A DNA stretch of 64,000 nucleotides from the human T2T-CHM13v2.0 reference genome, Homo sapiens: the NCBI RefSeq assembly GCF_009914755.1, contig NC_060934.1; one strand, 5' to 3'. Position 1 is the stretch's first letter. Each line of letters starts with the position of its first letter. The notes under the pieces were generated by a model, which was not told the origin of the DNA, made no database searches, and saw nothing but the letters and a program-made list of their open reading frames with translations. Shown one piece after another: positions 1 to 14,312 of this stretch. A program made the translations under genes and the position numbers.

Positions 1-430
1 GGTTTTAAGCTAAGGAGTGGAATAACATGATCCAATGTATATGTTTAAAGGCTTGTGTGGATGCTGTGGAGAAAGCTGAGTCTACTGGGTAAGAGAAGAA
101 CTGGAGATCTGTAAGGAGGCTCCTGCAGTATTCCATGTGAGAGATGTGGTGGCCTGGATGGGGGTGGTGAAAATGGAGATGGAGAAGAGAAGAGAGATTT
201 GAGATGTATTCTGAAAGTAGGACTGATATGACTTGCTGATGGACTGGATAGAAGTGCTGTGGGAAGACAGATTGCATAAAACTCAGATTTTGCCTTGGGC
301 GATGGAGCCATTTATTGAGATGGAGAAGGGTGAGAAAAGACACTATTTTCAAGGGGTATGTTTAGGTATCTTAAGGTGACTTAAGATATCAGAACCTAAA
401 TGAAAATGTACATAGCTGGATAAGTGGATA
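1..430 (-). mobile_element. LINE L2 fragment
   Basis: Purine-rich L2 antisense signature (gagatggagaagagaagagagatttgagatgtatt...gacttgctgatggactggat). Confidence 0.7.
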
Positions 431-764
431 GTGTGGGTGATAATCACTATATAATTCTAATTCCAAAGACAGGATACCAATGATGGAACAGACTTTGCTT
501 TAGAATAAAGGCCCTTGTCCCAGTCCACAGATCTTCTTCTTTAGCTGGTAATTCTTTTAAATTCATCAACTATTCCTTGAGATGCAGATATGCTTTGGGA
601 GAGTCATTATAAAGCTGTTTATCAACTTAAACATAGCCTAGGACTGTCTCAGTAAAAAGGAGCTGAATGAAAGGAAAAGGTAGCATTGTCAGCAATCTTC
701 ATCTTGCTTCATCTCAGAAACCTGCTAAACTATCCCTTGAGTATGACTTCATGTTGATGCAACC

Positions 765-870
765 GATCAAACATGTATTGAAGATCTCTGTGTACCAAGC
801 AGTATACTAGGTTCTTGCGATAAAACAGAGAATAAGATTTAGTCTTTGCTTCTGGTATTTTAAAGTTACC
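765..870 (-). mobile_element. L2 3'-end fragment
   Basis: aaacatgtattgaagatctctgtgtaccaagcagtatactaggttc resembles the reverse complement of the L2 tail. Confidence 0.55.
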
Positions 871-1305
871 ATTTTGGCTTTATCCCTGAGAGATACAAGC
901 AATTATGTAACATCGATTTGAAAGGCCAATTGTAAGCAGAGAAATCTTCAGGCAAAAGGCTAAATGATATAAGAGGTTCTTGTAAAACAACAAAATTTCA
1001 GGTGAAGAACAATTTCTGAAGCTGCTAAGAACAGTGACTTAATGAAACCAAACCCTTGAATCACCTGAGGGCAACCTGATCTCCATGGCCTCTTTCCAGA
1101 TCTATTAAGCTAATAACATAACAGTCCTATTTATTTAGAATGATTAGGAAATTAGGGTAGCAGGAGAGTCCTAGACATTTGGCAAGAAGAGGTCCTAACT
1201 GGTCTTTTCCTGGTGGTCTTCTTCAGATCTACCTTCACATTTCCCAAAGTAATTCACCCTACTTTTTTGAGTTTTGGATTGTGTCAAGTCAAAATCTGTT
1301 TATTC

Positions 1306-1610
<305 letters not shown>

Positions 1611-2346
1611 AAAATCTGTTTATTCTTTCCTAACGAGAATACACTGATACGTTTACTAAAACTACTGGCTTTTAGTTAAAATCTATTTGAAATTATGTTT
1701 ATATTTATTTTACTTGAATTTTCATCTTGGTGTATATAGTTCTTTTGCCAAAAGAAACAGAGGAAGGTTCTCTAAATATTTATCATTATTGTAAAGGGGA
1801 GGAGAGGTAGAGAAAGATGGCTGAATAGAACACTCCAGTGATTTTCCCCTCACAGGAACCCCAAACTGAACAACTATCAATGCAAGAAAGCACTTCCATA
1901 ATAACAAAAAAATTAAGTAGCAATCACAATACCCGATTTTAATGTAATATCAAGGATAGAGGCATTGAAAAGCTCAGAAAGACAGTCTTGCATTATCTAC
2001 ACCACCCCTCCCCCAGCCCCAGGCAGCACAGCATAGAGAAAGAATCTGTGGGCCTGGGAAAGAGAGAGCAAAATGAGTGTGCAACATTGCATTGGAGCTC
2101 AGCACTGCCCTGTCACAGTGGAACACAGTACAGGACAGAATTCTGCCAGTGCCCACGGAAGGAGCATTTAGGACAGTGCTGGGCCAGAGGGGAATCCTCC
2201 ACCCCAGCAAGAGGAAACTGAGTCCCAGCCAGCTTCACCATTGGCTGACTAAAGTGGCTTGAGGCTCAGAATAAATTTAGGTAGCAATCAGGACCCAAGG
2301 AGTGCAGTCCTTGGACAAGCTCTGGTGCTACCCTGGTCTTGGAGGT

Positions 2347-2891
2347 TGTGATAGTTAATATTGAATGTCAATTCGATTGGATTGAAGGATGCAAAGTATT
2401 GTTCCTGGGTGTGTCTGTGAGGGTGTTGCCAAAGGAGATTAACATTTGAGTCAATGGACTGGAAAGGCAGACACACCCTCCATCTGGATGGGCACATCTA
2501 ATCAGCTGCCAGCAAGGCCAGAATAAAAGCAGGTAGAAGAACACAGAAAGGACTAGACTGGCTGAGTCTTCTGGCCTCCATCTTTCTCCCATGCTGGATG
2601 CTTCCTGCCTCAAACATCTGACCCCAAGTTCTTCAGCTTTTGGACTCTTGGACCTACACCAGTGATTTGCCAGGGGCTCTCAGGCCTTTGGCCACAGACT
2701 GAAGGCTGCACTATTGGTTTTCCTACTTTTGAGGTTTTGGGATTCGGACTGCCTTCCTGGCTCCTCAGCTTGCAGATGGCCTGTGAGACTTTACCTTGTG
2801 ATTGTGTGAATCAATTCTCCTAATAGACTCCCCTTTATATATCACATCTATCCTATTAGTTCTGTCCCTCTAGAGAATGCTGACTAATACA
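2347..2891 (+). mobile_element. MLT2A-type (ERVL) solo LTR inserted in the L1 5'UTR
   Basis: TG...CA ends (tgtgatagttaatattgaatgtc...ctgactaataca), 545 bp, 5-bp TSD GAGGT at 2342-2346 and 2892-2896. Confidence 0.9.
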
Positions 2892-3808
2892 GAGGTGGTA
2901 GACTTCAGTTGTGACACCAGCTGTGGTGGCCAAGGGTGTGCCTGTGTCACTCATCCCCCAATTCCAGGCAGTGCAGCTCAGGGACTCTTTTCACTTGGAG
3001 AAAGGAGAGGGAAGAATACAGAGGGCTTTGTCATGTAACTTGGGTACCAGCTAAGCCACACTAAAATAAAGCACCAGGGAAACTCCTGTACCTCCTGATT
3101 CCATGCCTTTGTTTCTGGACAGTGTTTCTAGACCCACGCTGGACCAGCAGGGAATCCAATGTCCTGATGGGACAAACCCCGTTCTGCTGAATAGAGTGGC
3201 TTTGGCTTGGAATAAACATCAGCGACAGCCAGGCAGTAGTGACTACAGCCGTGGGGTGAGCCCCAGCACTGTGCTGGGCTACAAGGCTTTACATGTGACC
3301 CTGTGCAGTGCCAGCTGTCATGGCCATTAGAGTGACCGCATTATCCCTCCCCCAACTCCAGGCAGCCTGGTGCAGAGACTGACTTCCTTTGCCAGAAAGA
3401 GAGGGAAGTGGGAGAGACTTTTTACCTGGTAACCCAGGGAATTCTCCCTTATTTTCCCAAAATCTACCAAAGCTGTGTATCAAGGAGTCTGTAAGAGTTG
3501 CAGCATTCCGGGGCTTAGGGCACTCTCTAGTGCTGAAATGGCTGCAGTGACCATAGGCTTAGGTCACAACACTCAATCCCTTTTGAATTCTTGGAAAGTC
3601 CTCTCAAAAAGGATGGCTAAAAACAAGCCTATACTGTGAAGACTGGAATAAATACCTAACTCTTTAATGCCCAGGTATCAACAAATGTCTACAAGCATCA
3701 AGGACATCCAAGAAAACATTACCTCACCAAATGGACTAAATAAGGCATCAGTGACCAGTCCTGGAGTGATGGAGATATATGGCCTCTCAGATACGGAATT
3801 CAAAATAG

Positions 3809-4344
<536 letters not shown>

Positions 4345-4655
4345 AGCTCAATGCACTTTAAGATAACAAAGAGCAGAATTTTATCAGATAAATTTAACAG
4401 AGATTAAAATAATTTTTAAAAGTCAAGCAGAAATTCAGGAGTTGAAAAACTTAATTGACAAACTAAAAATGCATCAGTTTCTCAATAGCAGAATGGATCA
4501 AGCAGAAGAAAGAATTAATGAGCTTGAAAACAGGCTCTATGAAAATTCAGTCACAGCAGAAAAAACAAAAAAATAAAAAGGAATGATGCATACCTACAAG
4601 ATCTAGAAAATAACCTCAAAAGGACAAATCTAAGTTATTGGCCTTAAAGAGAATG

Positions 4656-4676
4656 GAGAGACAGAGAGAGAGAGAG

Positions 4677-4709
<33 letters not shown>

Positions 4710-4732
4710 CAGCGGCAGGGAAGGAGGGAGGG
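4656..4732. repeat. (GA)n microsatellite / purine tract in L1 ORF1
   Basis: gagagagag runs. Confidence 0.9.
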
Positions 4733-5391
4733 AGATCAGGGTAGATGATTTACTCAAAGAAATAATAATAGGGAACTTTACAAACCTAGAGTAAGATATG
4801 AATATCCAGGTATAAGAAAACCAAAAAACAAGCAGATTCAACCCAAATAAGACTACCTTAAGGTATATAGTCATCAAACTCTCAAAGATCAAGGATAAAG
4901 AAAGAATCCTAAAGGCAGTGAGAGAAAAGAAGCAAAGATACTTTCCCAGACAAACAAAAGCTGAGAGATTTCATGAAAAACCAGACCTATCTTATAAGAA
5001 ATGCTAAAGGGAGTTCTTCAGTATGAAAGAAAAGGATATTAATGAGCAACAAGAAATCATTTAAATGCATACAACTCACTGGTAAATGTAAGTACACAGA
5101 CAAATACAGACTACCCTAACACTGTAATTGTGGTGTACAAACCACTCATACCTTTGTAGGAAGACAAAAAGAGAAACCTATCAAAAATAATAACTAGAGC
5201 AACTTTTGAGATAGATAGTATAAAAAGATGTAAATAGAGGCAACAAAAGTCAAAAAGTGGGGAGGATGAAGTTAAAGTGTGGAATATTTCATTTTCTTTT
5301 TGCCTGTTTTTCTTTTCTTTGCAATCAGAACGAAATTGTCACCAGTTTAAAATAATTGATTATAAGATGTTATTTGCAAGTCTTATGGTAA

Positions 5392-5841
<450 letters not shown>

Positions 5842-8616
5842 TAACAAAATGGCATAGTAAGTTCTTACCTAGCAATGATAATGCTGAATTTAAATGGACT
5901 AAATTCTCTAATCAAAAGACATAGAGTGGCCAAATGGATTTAAAAACAAGACTGAACGATATGCTGTCTATAAGAAACTCACTTTACCTATAAAGACACA
6001 TACAGGCTAAAATAAAGGATATTCCATGCAAATAGAGGCCAAAAAAGGAACAGGAATAGCTATACTTAGATGAAATAGATTTCAAGATAAAAACTGCAAA
6101 AAGAGACAAAGAAGGTCATTATATAATGATAAAGGAATTAATTCAGCAAGGGGATATATAAATTATAAATATATACACACCAAATGCTGGAGCACCCGTA
6201 TATATAAAGCAATTATTAGAGGTAAAGAGAGAGATAGACCCCAATACAATAGGTGGGGACATTAACACCCCATTTTCAGCATTGGACAGATCATCTAGAA
6301 AGAAAATCAACAAAGAAACACTGGACTTAATCTACCATAGACCAAATGACCCTAATAGACATGCACAGAACATTCTATCCAACACCTGTAAAATACACAT
6401 TATTTCCTTAGCACATGGAATATTCTCAAGGATAGACCACATGTTAGACTACAAAACAAGTCTCAAAAAATTTAAAAAAAAATTGCAATCATGTCAAGTC
6501 TCTTTTCTGACCACGATGGAATAAAACTAGAAATCAATAGCAAGAGAAACCTTGGAAACTATGCAAACACATGGAAATTAAACAATATGCTCCTGAACGA
6601 CCATTATGTCAACGAATAAATTAAAAAGAAAATTTTTAAAATTTCTTGAAACAAAAGAAAATGGGAACACAACACACTAAAACCTACGGGAGACAGCAAA
6701 AGTAGTACTAAAAGAGCAGTTAATAGCAATAAATGCCTACATCAAAAAAGCAGGGAAACTTTGAATAAACAACTGAATGAGGCAGCTTATAGAATTAGAA
6801 AAGCAAAAGTAAGCCAAACTCAAAATTTATAGAAGAAAATAAATAATAAACATCAGAGTAGGAAAAATTGAGACTAAAAATATACTACAAAAGATCAACA
6901 AGACAAAAAGTTGGTTTTTGAAAAGGTAATCAATAAGCTTTTAACCAGACTAACTAAAAAAGAGAAGACCCAAATAAATAAGATCAGGGATGAAAACGGA
7001 GACATTACAACTGATAGTGCAAAAATTCAAAGGCTCATTAGAGACTATTATGAGCAACTACTATATGCCAATAAATTGGGAAACCTGTCAGAAATGGATA
7101 AATTATTAGACACATAAAGCCTACAAAGATTGAATCATGAAGAAATAGAAAACTTTAATAGACTACTAATGAATAACAAGATATAAGTAGTAATAAAAAG
7201 TCACCCATTAAAGAAAATCCCAGGACCTGATGGCTTTACTGCTGAAATCTACCAAGCACTTTAAAAAAGAACTACTATTAATCCTACTTATATTATTCCA
7301 AAAATTTGAGGGAACACTTCCAAACTCATTCTATGAGGCCAGTGTTACCATGATACCAAAACCAGACAAAGACACACACACACAAAAGGAAACTAGAGGC
7401 CAATATTTCTGATGAACACAAATGCAAAAAATCTTCGAATACTAGCAAACCATATATAACAACATAGTAGAAAGATCATTCAACATGATCAAGTGGGATT
7501 CATCACCCAGGGATGCAAGGATGGTTCAACATATGCAAATGAATCAATGTGATACATCATATCCAAAGAATAAAGGACAAATCCATATGATCATTTAATT
7601 AATGCTGAAAAAGCATTCAATAAAATTCAATATACTTTAATGGTCAAAAAAGTAGTATAGAATGAACATACCTCAATACAATAAAAGCTGTAAACAACAG
7701 GCCCACAGCTAGTATCATACCCAATGGGGAAAAACTGAAAGCCTTTCCTCTAAGATCTGGAGCAAGACCAGGACACCCACTTTCATCACCTTCATTCAAC
7801 ATAGTACTAGAAGCCCTAGCCAGAGCAATTAGACATGAGAAAGAAATAAAGGACATCCAAATTAGAAAAGAAGTAGTTAAATTATCCTTATTTGCAGATG
7901 ATAAAATCTTCTATTTAGAAAAACATAAGGATCCCTCCAAAAACCTATCAGAACTGATAAACAAATTTAGTAAAATTCAAGATACAAAATCAACATATAA
8001 AAATCAGTATCATTTCTATGTGCTAACAGAAAATGGAGAAAGGAGAACCCTCATATGCTATGGGGTAGAAATGTAAATTAGTACAGTTACTATAGAGAAG
8101 AGTATGGAGGTTCCTCAAAAAACTAAGAATAGAATACCATATGATCCAGAAATCCCACTGCTGGGCATACATCCAAATAAAAAAAAGAAAATCAGTATTT
8201 CAAAGTGACATCTGCACACCCTTGTTTATTGCAGCACTATTCACAGTAGCCAAGATATGGAATCAACCTATGTGTCCATCAGCTGATGAATGGATAAAGA
8301 AAATATGGTACATACACATAATGAAATATTATTCAGCCACAGAAAAGAATGAAATTCTGTGTTTTTTGCAAAAACATGGATGGAATTGGAGACATTATCT
8401 TAAGTGAGGTAAGCTAGGCACAGAAAGATAAATTTAGCACGTTCTCACTCATATGTGGGAACTGAAAAAAAAAATTGAACTCATGGAGATAGAAAGTAGA
8501 ATGATGGTTTCAGGAGGCTGGAAAGAGCGGGGATAAAGAGGGGATGGTTAATTGGCACAAAAATACAGTTAGCTAGAAGGAATAAGATCTAATATCTGGT
8601 AGCACAATAGGGCAAC

Positions 8617-8664
8617 TATAGTTAACAATAATTTATAGTTAACAATAATTTATAGTTAACAATA
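8617..8664. repeat. 17-bp tandem repeat TATAGTTAACAATAATT, about 2.8 copies, in the L1 3'UTR
   Basis: Direct inspection. Confidence 0.9.
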
Positions 8665-8988
8665 TATTTCAAAAGAATTAAAAGGGTGGAACCAGAATGT
8701 TCCAAACACACAGAAATGATCAATGCTTGAGGTGATAGATATCCCAATTACTCTGATTTGATCATTACACATTGTATAATTGTATCAAAATATCACATAT
8801 ACCCCATAAATATGTACAATTATTATGTATCCATTATTACAAATTAAAATATTCTTATTACCTTGTGATAGTTTCCAAGAACATGATTTGTTCCTTTTCC
8901 TTAACACACCTCCTTTTTTTGAAGCTAAAAATATGCATTCTTGGGTTCTATATATAAGAAACATTTCAAGTTGGAATAGCAATGAAAG

Positions 8989-9087
8989 AGATGATCTATG
9001 CAGTGTTGTTTGCAAGTAATTGATCACAACCAGTTACAGATCTATGTGTTCCTTCTCTACTCCCAGTGCTTTACTTGACTAGACTTT
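8989..9087 (+). pseudogene. hY3 Y-RNA retropseudogene
   Basis: aattgatcacaaccagttacagat...gttccttctctactcccagtgctttacttgactagacttt aligns with recalled hY3 RNA (AATTGATCACAACCAGTTACAGATTTCTTTGTTCCTTCTCCACTCCCACTGCTTCACTTGACTAGCCTTT). Confidence 0.9.
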
Positions 9088-9114
9088 GGGGGCAGGGGAA
9101 TGAAATGATCTAAA

Positions 9115-9268
9115 ACTACAGAGTGTCAGACCAGTCTTCTTGTCCAGCTCTGCCACAAACCTCATTGGAAAGACCATTCAATGTGTATTTGGGCTTTCCT
9201 ACCTCATCAGTGTAATGGCAGGAATAGACTTACAAGACTCCAACTTGCCCATTCAGTTCTTTGAAATC
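9115..9268 (+). mobile_element. MIR (MIR3/MIRc-like) fragment
   Basis: ccagctctgccacaaac...cctcatcagtgtaatgg core. Confidence 0.55.
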
Positions 9269-10959
9269 GGTGGATTTTAATTTACTGTGGCTTCCACTGG
9301 CCACCAAATTTGGCACGAAGCTGAACATGATTCTTCTTATCCCTCATGTCACTCTATTATCTGCTAAAATTTTATTGCTTTATTATATCTCAAACTTATA
9401 CCTACTTGATATTATTTTTACATGTATACTTAGCCTCTTATTTTTCTTTTAATATTTAATGTCTGCATTTGATTCAGAGAGATATTTTTCAGCCCTATCA
9501 AATTTGAAAGTAGCTTAGAATTAGAAAATTCTTCCTAGCAGGAGTTTGCCTCACCAGCTGCTGTCTCCTAAACCTGTTCAGTAGAGTCATATTTCATAGA
9601 GCTGCCTCTTAGATTTTTACTTTGCATGGCTTAATTCCACTTCTCATTATCTCCCATCTATAGTTCTTTCGATCTGTAACTACACTCCAATCCACTAGAA
9701 TTCTACAAGCTAAAATAACATTTTATACCCCCCTGCCCCAATTTATAAAATACATTTTATAGGCAGTTGCAATTTAAGATCAGAGTTGAACCAAAGCCAA
9801 TGTAAAATCCCTTGGGAGGAGACGCCAAACTCAATCACTTGAACCTTAATCTCAATTTTCCCTCTTTTTCTTTCTCTCCTTTCTCTTTCTTCTTCCTTCC
9901 TTCCTTCCTTCTCTCTTCTTTCTTCTATACACACACTCTTTCATATTTTCAATTACAAAATATGAATTGCAAAACATAAGAATCAAACTAGCACTACAAT
10001 CAAGATACTAGTTTTGTACGTATATTAAAGTTTTATGAATGTTATATGCATAGGTATTTTCTGGAACAGGAGACAGTAGAGCAGTAAGGTATCTACAAAT
10101 GCATCTGACCCTCTGAGGAGCTCTGCTTAGCCCCCACCTGCCTAATGTGAGCTTAAAACCCTGCCTTGGACAAAGTTGCTTGACTTCTTCTACGGCTCTG
10201 CTTTGCTGATGCTTCCACCTGTGTTCAACTTTGCAACTTGGCCCCATTGTTCTCCCACCTTATTAAATGATAACATTGTCTAGTCTTGTATTCCTTAATT
10301 TTTATTTTTTTGAGAAATGAATCCAAACATTCTTTCACTTGCACTAGTTTCTCATAGTGTACAAAAGAAAGAGAAGACGATAAGGAGAAAGCAAAGAAGA
10401 AAAAGGAAAAGAGAATGAAAAAGAAGAGAGAGACTACTCTTGACATTTCTTCCTTAATATTTATTTTACTTTTGCTTTTTAATTTTTTATCTTATTTATT
10501 TTAAATTTTAAATATCTACTTACAGCAGATTATTTTTAGAATCAGATTAAAATTTTATTTTCCCTTATTACAAACTCATTTTCATTTTCTTTCTTGAGAC
10601 AAACTGGCAGCCTATATTGCTTATTATTTTTATTTGCTTTTAAAAGCTGCTGTTATTCTTTAGTGTCTGGGGATACCAATGTGATGATCTCTCACTAGTT
10701 CTTGTAGATAGTTATACTCACAACATGCCTATGGCTTCATGGAAATGAACATTTGCCACAGCTGCATAGGAGCTTACTCAAATGGCCAACACTAAATCTA
10801 ACTAAAATGACAATCAAAGCTCTGGCAAGACTATCAGGCAAATGAGTCAGAAGTTAAAATTATCATTCAAGTTGTAGGGGTCCTTTTAGAATCCAAATTT
10901 CAAAATGATTTGTTTTGGGATTTGCAGTAGTTAGAAATGCTAATTTATGCAGCAGAGGA

Positions 10960-11625
10960 CAACATAAATACATAATAGGGCAAATGTGGCTTACTAGAGC
11001 TCTTGTAAGCAAAATTTAGGGACCTTAGCAGACAGTAATACTAATATGACTTGAATTAAAAGTGTATTATAACCTTAATCTTCAAAAATAGACTTTTAAC
11101 ATCTTCCATGGAGAATGCAATAGTCCTGCTATACTCTGCTTTGACGAGACTAAAAATATTGTGTTCAGTTCTGGTCACCTCAACTTGAGATGGCACAGAC
11201 ATATTGAAACATGCACAGGAGAGGGCGACCAGGTTGCTGAGGGGAACAATAGAAGGAGGTAGCAATGATATACCTGAAAAAAAAAAAAAACTAAAAAGAA
11301 ATAGAAAAAGCATTTTTAAATATCTGAAAGATTGTCACACAGAAAAGGCAGCTTTTGTTCAAAATACTACATAGAATGTAGTCTTCCCATCAACTTGGTC
11401 AAATACACCAAAGCTTGAATCAATGAGTAGATGCTACAGGAAGTTCAATAACATGAAGGATTTTTAAAGACAGAATTGTCCAAATGGACTATGCAGCTTA
11501 GGAATTAAAGAATTCTCATTATTTGAAGGGCTTGGGCACAGGAGATCCTAAGCAGATGAGATTCCAGCAGATGTTTGCTCAGACTGAGTGACCTTTAAGG
11601 AATCCTTTTCAACATTAAATTCGGC
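10960..11625 (+). mobile_element. L3/CR1 LINE 3' fragment
   Basis: tattgtgttcagttctggtcacc, ggagagggcgaccagg, aaatatctgaaagattgtcac, gacctttaagg...ttcaac are CR1/L3 hallmarks. Confidence 0.75.
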
Positions 11626-13278
11626 AATACCACAAAATTAAAAGCCATTTGATTCCAATAGCCCTGGACACATTAAAGTAAGGGCCAAAGATTTTAAAGA
11701 AAAGATGCATAAAATGAGAATTTAAAATTGCCAATTTCAAATTCCCAAGCTGAGATAAACACATTTCTAGTTAAGTAACGAGGTCAATTAAATTCAAATT
11801 TCGAGATTCAAAATCTCCATTTTTGAAATTATTTGGTTATCCATATGTATAAGGCTGTTAGTCCATTCAAACTTGGCCTCTCATCAATGGGGATAATTTT
11901 AGATATTTCGTTAATGAACAGTAAATTTTTAGGTCTATGATTGTCATACCATGATTCCTAATAATTTCATTTGACAAACATACTTTTGACATCATGTTTT
12001 GTGTGTGTAAACATCTATGTAAGAATATCATTTTTTCTTTTATCTTCTGCACAGAAGTTACTCTGAAATGTATGAGAAGGCAATGAAATATAATATGACA
12101 GTAGGTATATTATTCTAAAAGTCCTAAAGACGATAACAAATATTATCCATTTGGGGATAGAAGGGAGGTAAATGTATAGCAGATGTTTCAGAGAAAAAGA
12201 AAGAAAACTGAGTAAAAGCCTTTAGCATTTATCAAAACAGCATTTACAAACATTCAGCCAGATCCTCCGAGGTCCCTAAATGACCAGCAGGACATTAGCT
12301 CACTGGGGTGTGCAGTCCCTGGCCACAATGCATTATAGTGGGAAGTCATTGATTGGATAACGAAAAGATTAAAGTGGCTTCAGACTAGGCAAGCTTTTCC
12401 ACTATTTAGGTTCCCAATGAAATGCATGCAACTCAAAGAAAGAAATCATATGAATTAAAATAGGGAAGATTACTTAAAGGCAAAAAAAGACTAGCAACAC
12501 TAAGACTAACCAAAAGAAAGCTACTACATGACAGGTGGCAAATGGAGGTCATAATAGGGTAGACTGTATTTGATGATCTCCCATCATTTGGGAGAGTCAA
12601 ATGATGCAAGAAAAACAGTTAAATATAATTTTCCCATGGTAAATATTTTGTTATTACAGTGACACTCCAAAATGTGTCATCAGTACAATATTTACTCACT
12701 ATAAAAATGCTTGTTTTCCAATGGACCTTTTAAAGATGCCATTCATTGATATATCTGTATATCATGACCTGGTCAAAGTATTGGTTTTTAAGCAAAACAG
12801 AAACCAATTTCTGAAAACACATAAAGTATAGCTACAATAATATTTTGATCTCTTTCATTAAATCATTATTGAAAATTTCTATTTCAAAAGTTTTTTTTTT
12901 CAGGTTGTTTTCATTATCATTTCAAGATCAAAAGCTGCTTTTTCTACAAAGTTTAGCAGAATGGGCAAATCTCAGGGCATTTAAAAGGATTTCCTATAAG
13001 GAAACTTCGCTTGTTTTAAAAAATATTGTAATCATAAACATTAACCAGTTTTCCCTTTCTAGATTTCAGATGCAAACAATAAAAGCATCAGTATTCTGTT
13101 CGATAGAAACAAAGAGAAGGCAAGTAATCCAGATAATTAGTGACACTTTTATATTTTAAAGTTAGGAAACAGGTTCAAGGAAAGAGGATTCAAAGAGACT
13201 TAAAAAGGAGAGCTAGTAGTACCAGATATACATTATTTAAATAATACACAAATTAATAATCTCAAGATAATATGAAAA

Positions 13279-13285
13279 GTTAGTA
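13279..13285 (-). promoter_or_regulatory. UACUAAC (QKI/STAR-type motif) ~90 nt downstream of the 63-nt exon
   Basis: + strand gttagta = TACTAAC in the transcript; motif match only. Confidence 0.45.
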
Positions 13286-13374
13286 ACTCAAGGAAATATT
13301 ATATTTCAAAGATAAGAAATGAAAGATAAAGTTGGTAGTAGTTAAGTTTCATCACAATAAAAATTTACAAATAC

Positions 13375-13437
13375 CTTCTTCAACATCTGAGATATATTCG
13401 CCATCACTGAGCATTTCAGGGGCATTGGCTTTACGAA
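13375..13437 (-). CDS. ANK3: Ankyrin-G exon (~23), 63 nt, (V)RKANAPEMLSDGEYISDVEE+G; symmetric phase-1 cassette-type exon
   Basis: ATGCAG|TT and AAG|GTATTT; translation matches the recalled ANK3 linker. Confidence 0.94.
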
Positions 13438-13441
13438 CTGC

Positions 13442-13471
13442 ATGATTGAAGTGAACAATATAAGTGGATGA
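13442..13471 (-). promoter_or_regulatory. YCAY cluster (NOVA-type) in the 3' splice site of the 63-nt exon
   Basis: Transcript reads TCAT CCAC TTATATTGT TCAC TTCAA TCAT GCAG|; motif match only. Confidence 0.45.
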
Positions 13472-13607
13472 AAAATACATACTCTTGATATTACAACAAA
13501 ACGTTTCAATATTCCTGATAAACATTTTTGCAATGGACTTTCTTCAGGAAACAAACAAAATACACAGTCACTTATAATTATTGTGAACTCAAAGAACATT
13601 TTCATAC

Positions 13608-13680
13608 CTTCATCATCAGACATATCAAGAACTTCATTCATCGTTTCTGGAACATTCATTTTGTGCTTCTCTGTGACAGT
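13608..13680 (-). CDS. ANK3: Ankyrin-G exon (~22), 73 nt, TVTEKHKMNVPETMNEVLDMSDDE+G (linker)
   Basis: TACTAG|ACT and AAG|GTATGA; phase 0 to phase 1. Confidence 0.96.
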
Positions 13681-14312
13681 CTAGTAACAAAAAAGCAGTC
13701 ATTTTAGTGTGAGCAGACTGTACATTTTAATGGGTCTTTTCATTTATCTCTGAATTAATCAGTTTCTTGTGGAATGTATGTGTTGAATATCTTGAATCTC
13801 CCACATATAAAATAACATCAAAATTGTTGTCCCTTAGTGTCACAAAGGTTGTCACCATATACAAAGCACAGGAGTACAAAATGAAAGAATTCTAGTGGCA
13901 AAGTACCACAGCTTAAAAGATTTAGGTCTCTAATAAAGCTTTTCAAAGGAAAAGAGAAGATTCTGCCCCTCCTACTCCACTGCTATACTTTTTCATGGTC
14001 TGATGAATCTGCCGCCCCATTCCACGAAAGGTCTCGGCTGAAGAGAAGCCAAATGAGCTGCAAGAAATATGTCTCTATTACTTGTGCCAAGCTTTCCGTC
14101 TATTTTGTGTTCTCCTCTTATATGTACTTTTAATTCATAGGATAAAACAAAATATTAAAATAATATTTACAACAATAATCTTTACAATATTGTGTATGAA
14201 AAAATACTTAAAAGGTGATGCATTGGCAGATCATTTTAGCCTCCCCCAAAATTTAAAGAACAGTATATTATGCAGCAAATGCCTACTGCCTCTTTTACTT
14301 TCTCTTTGATAA

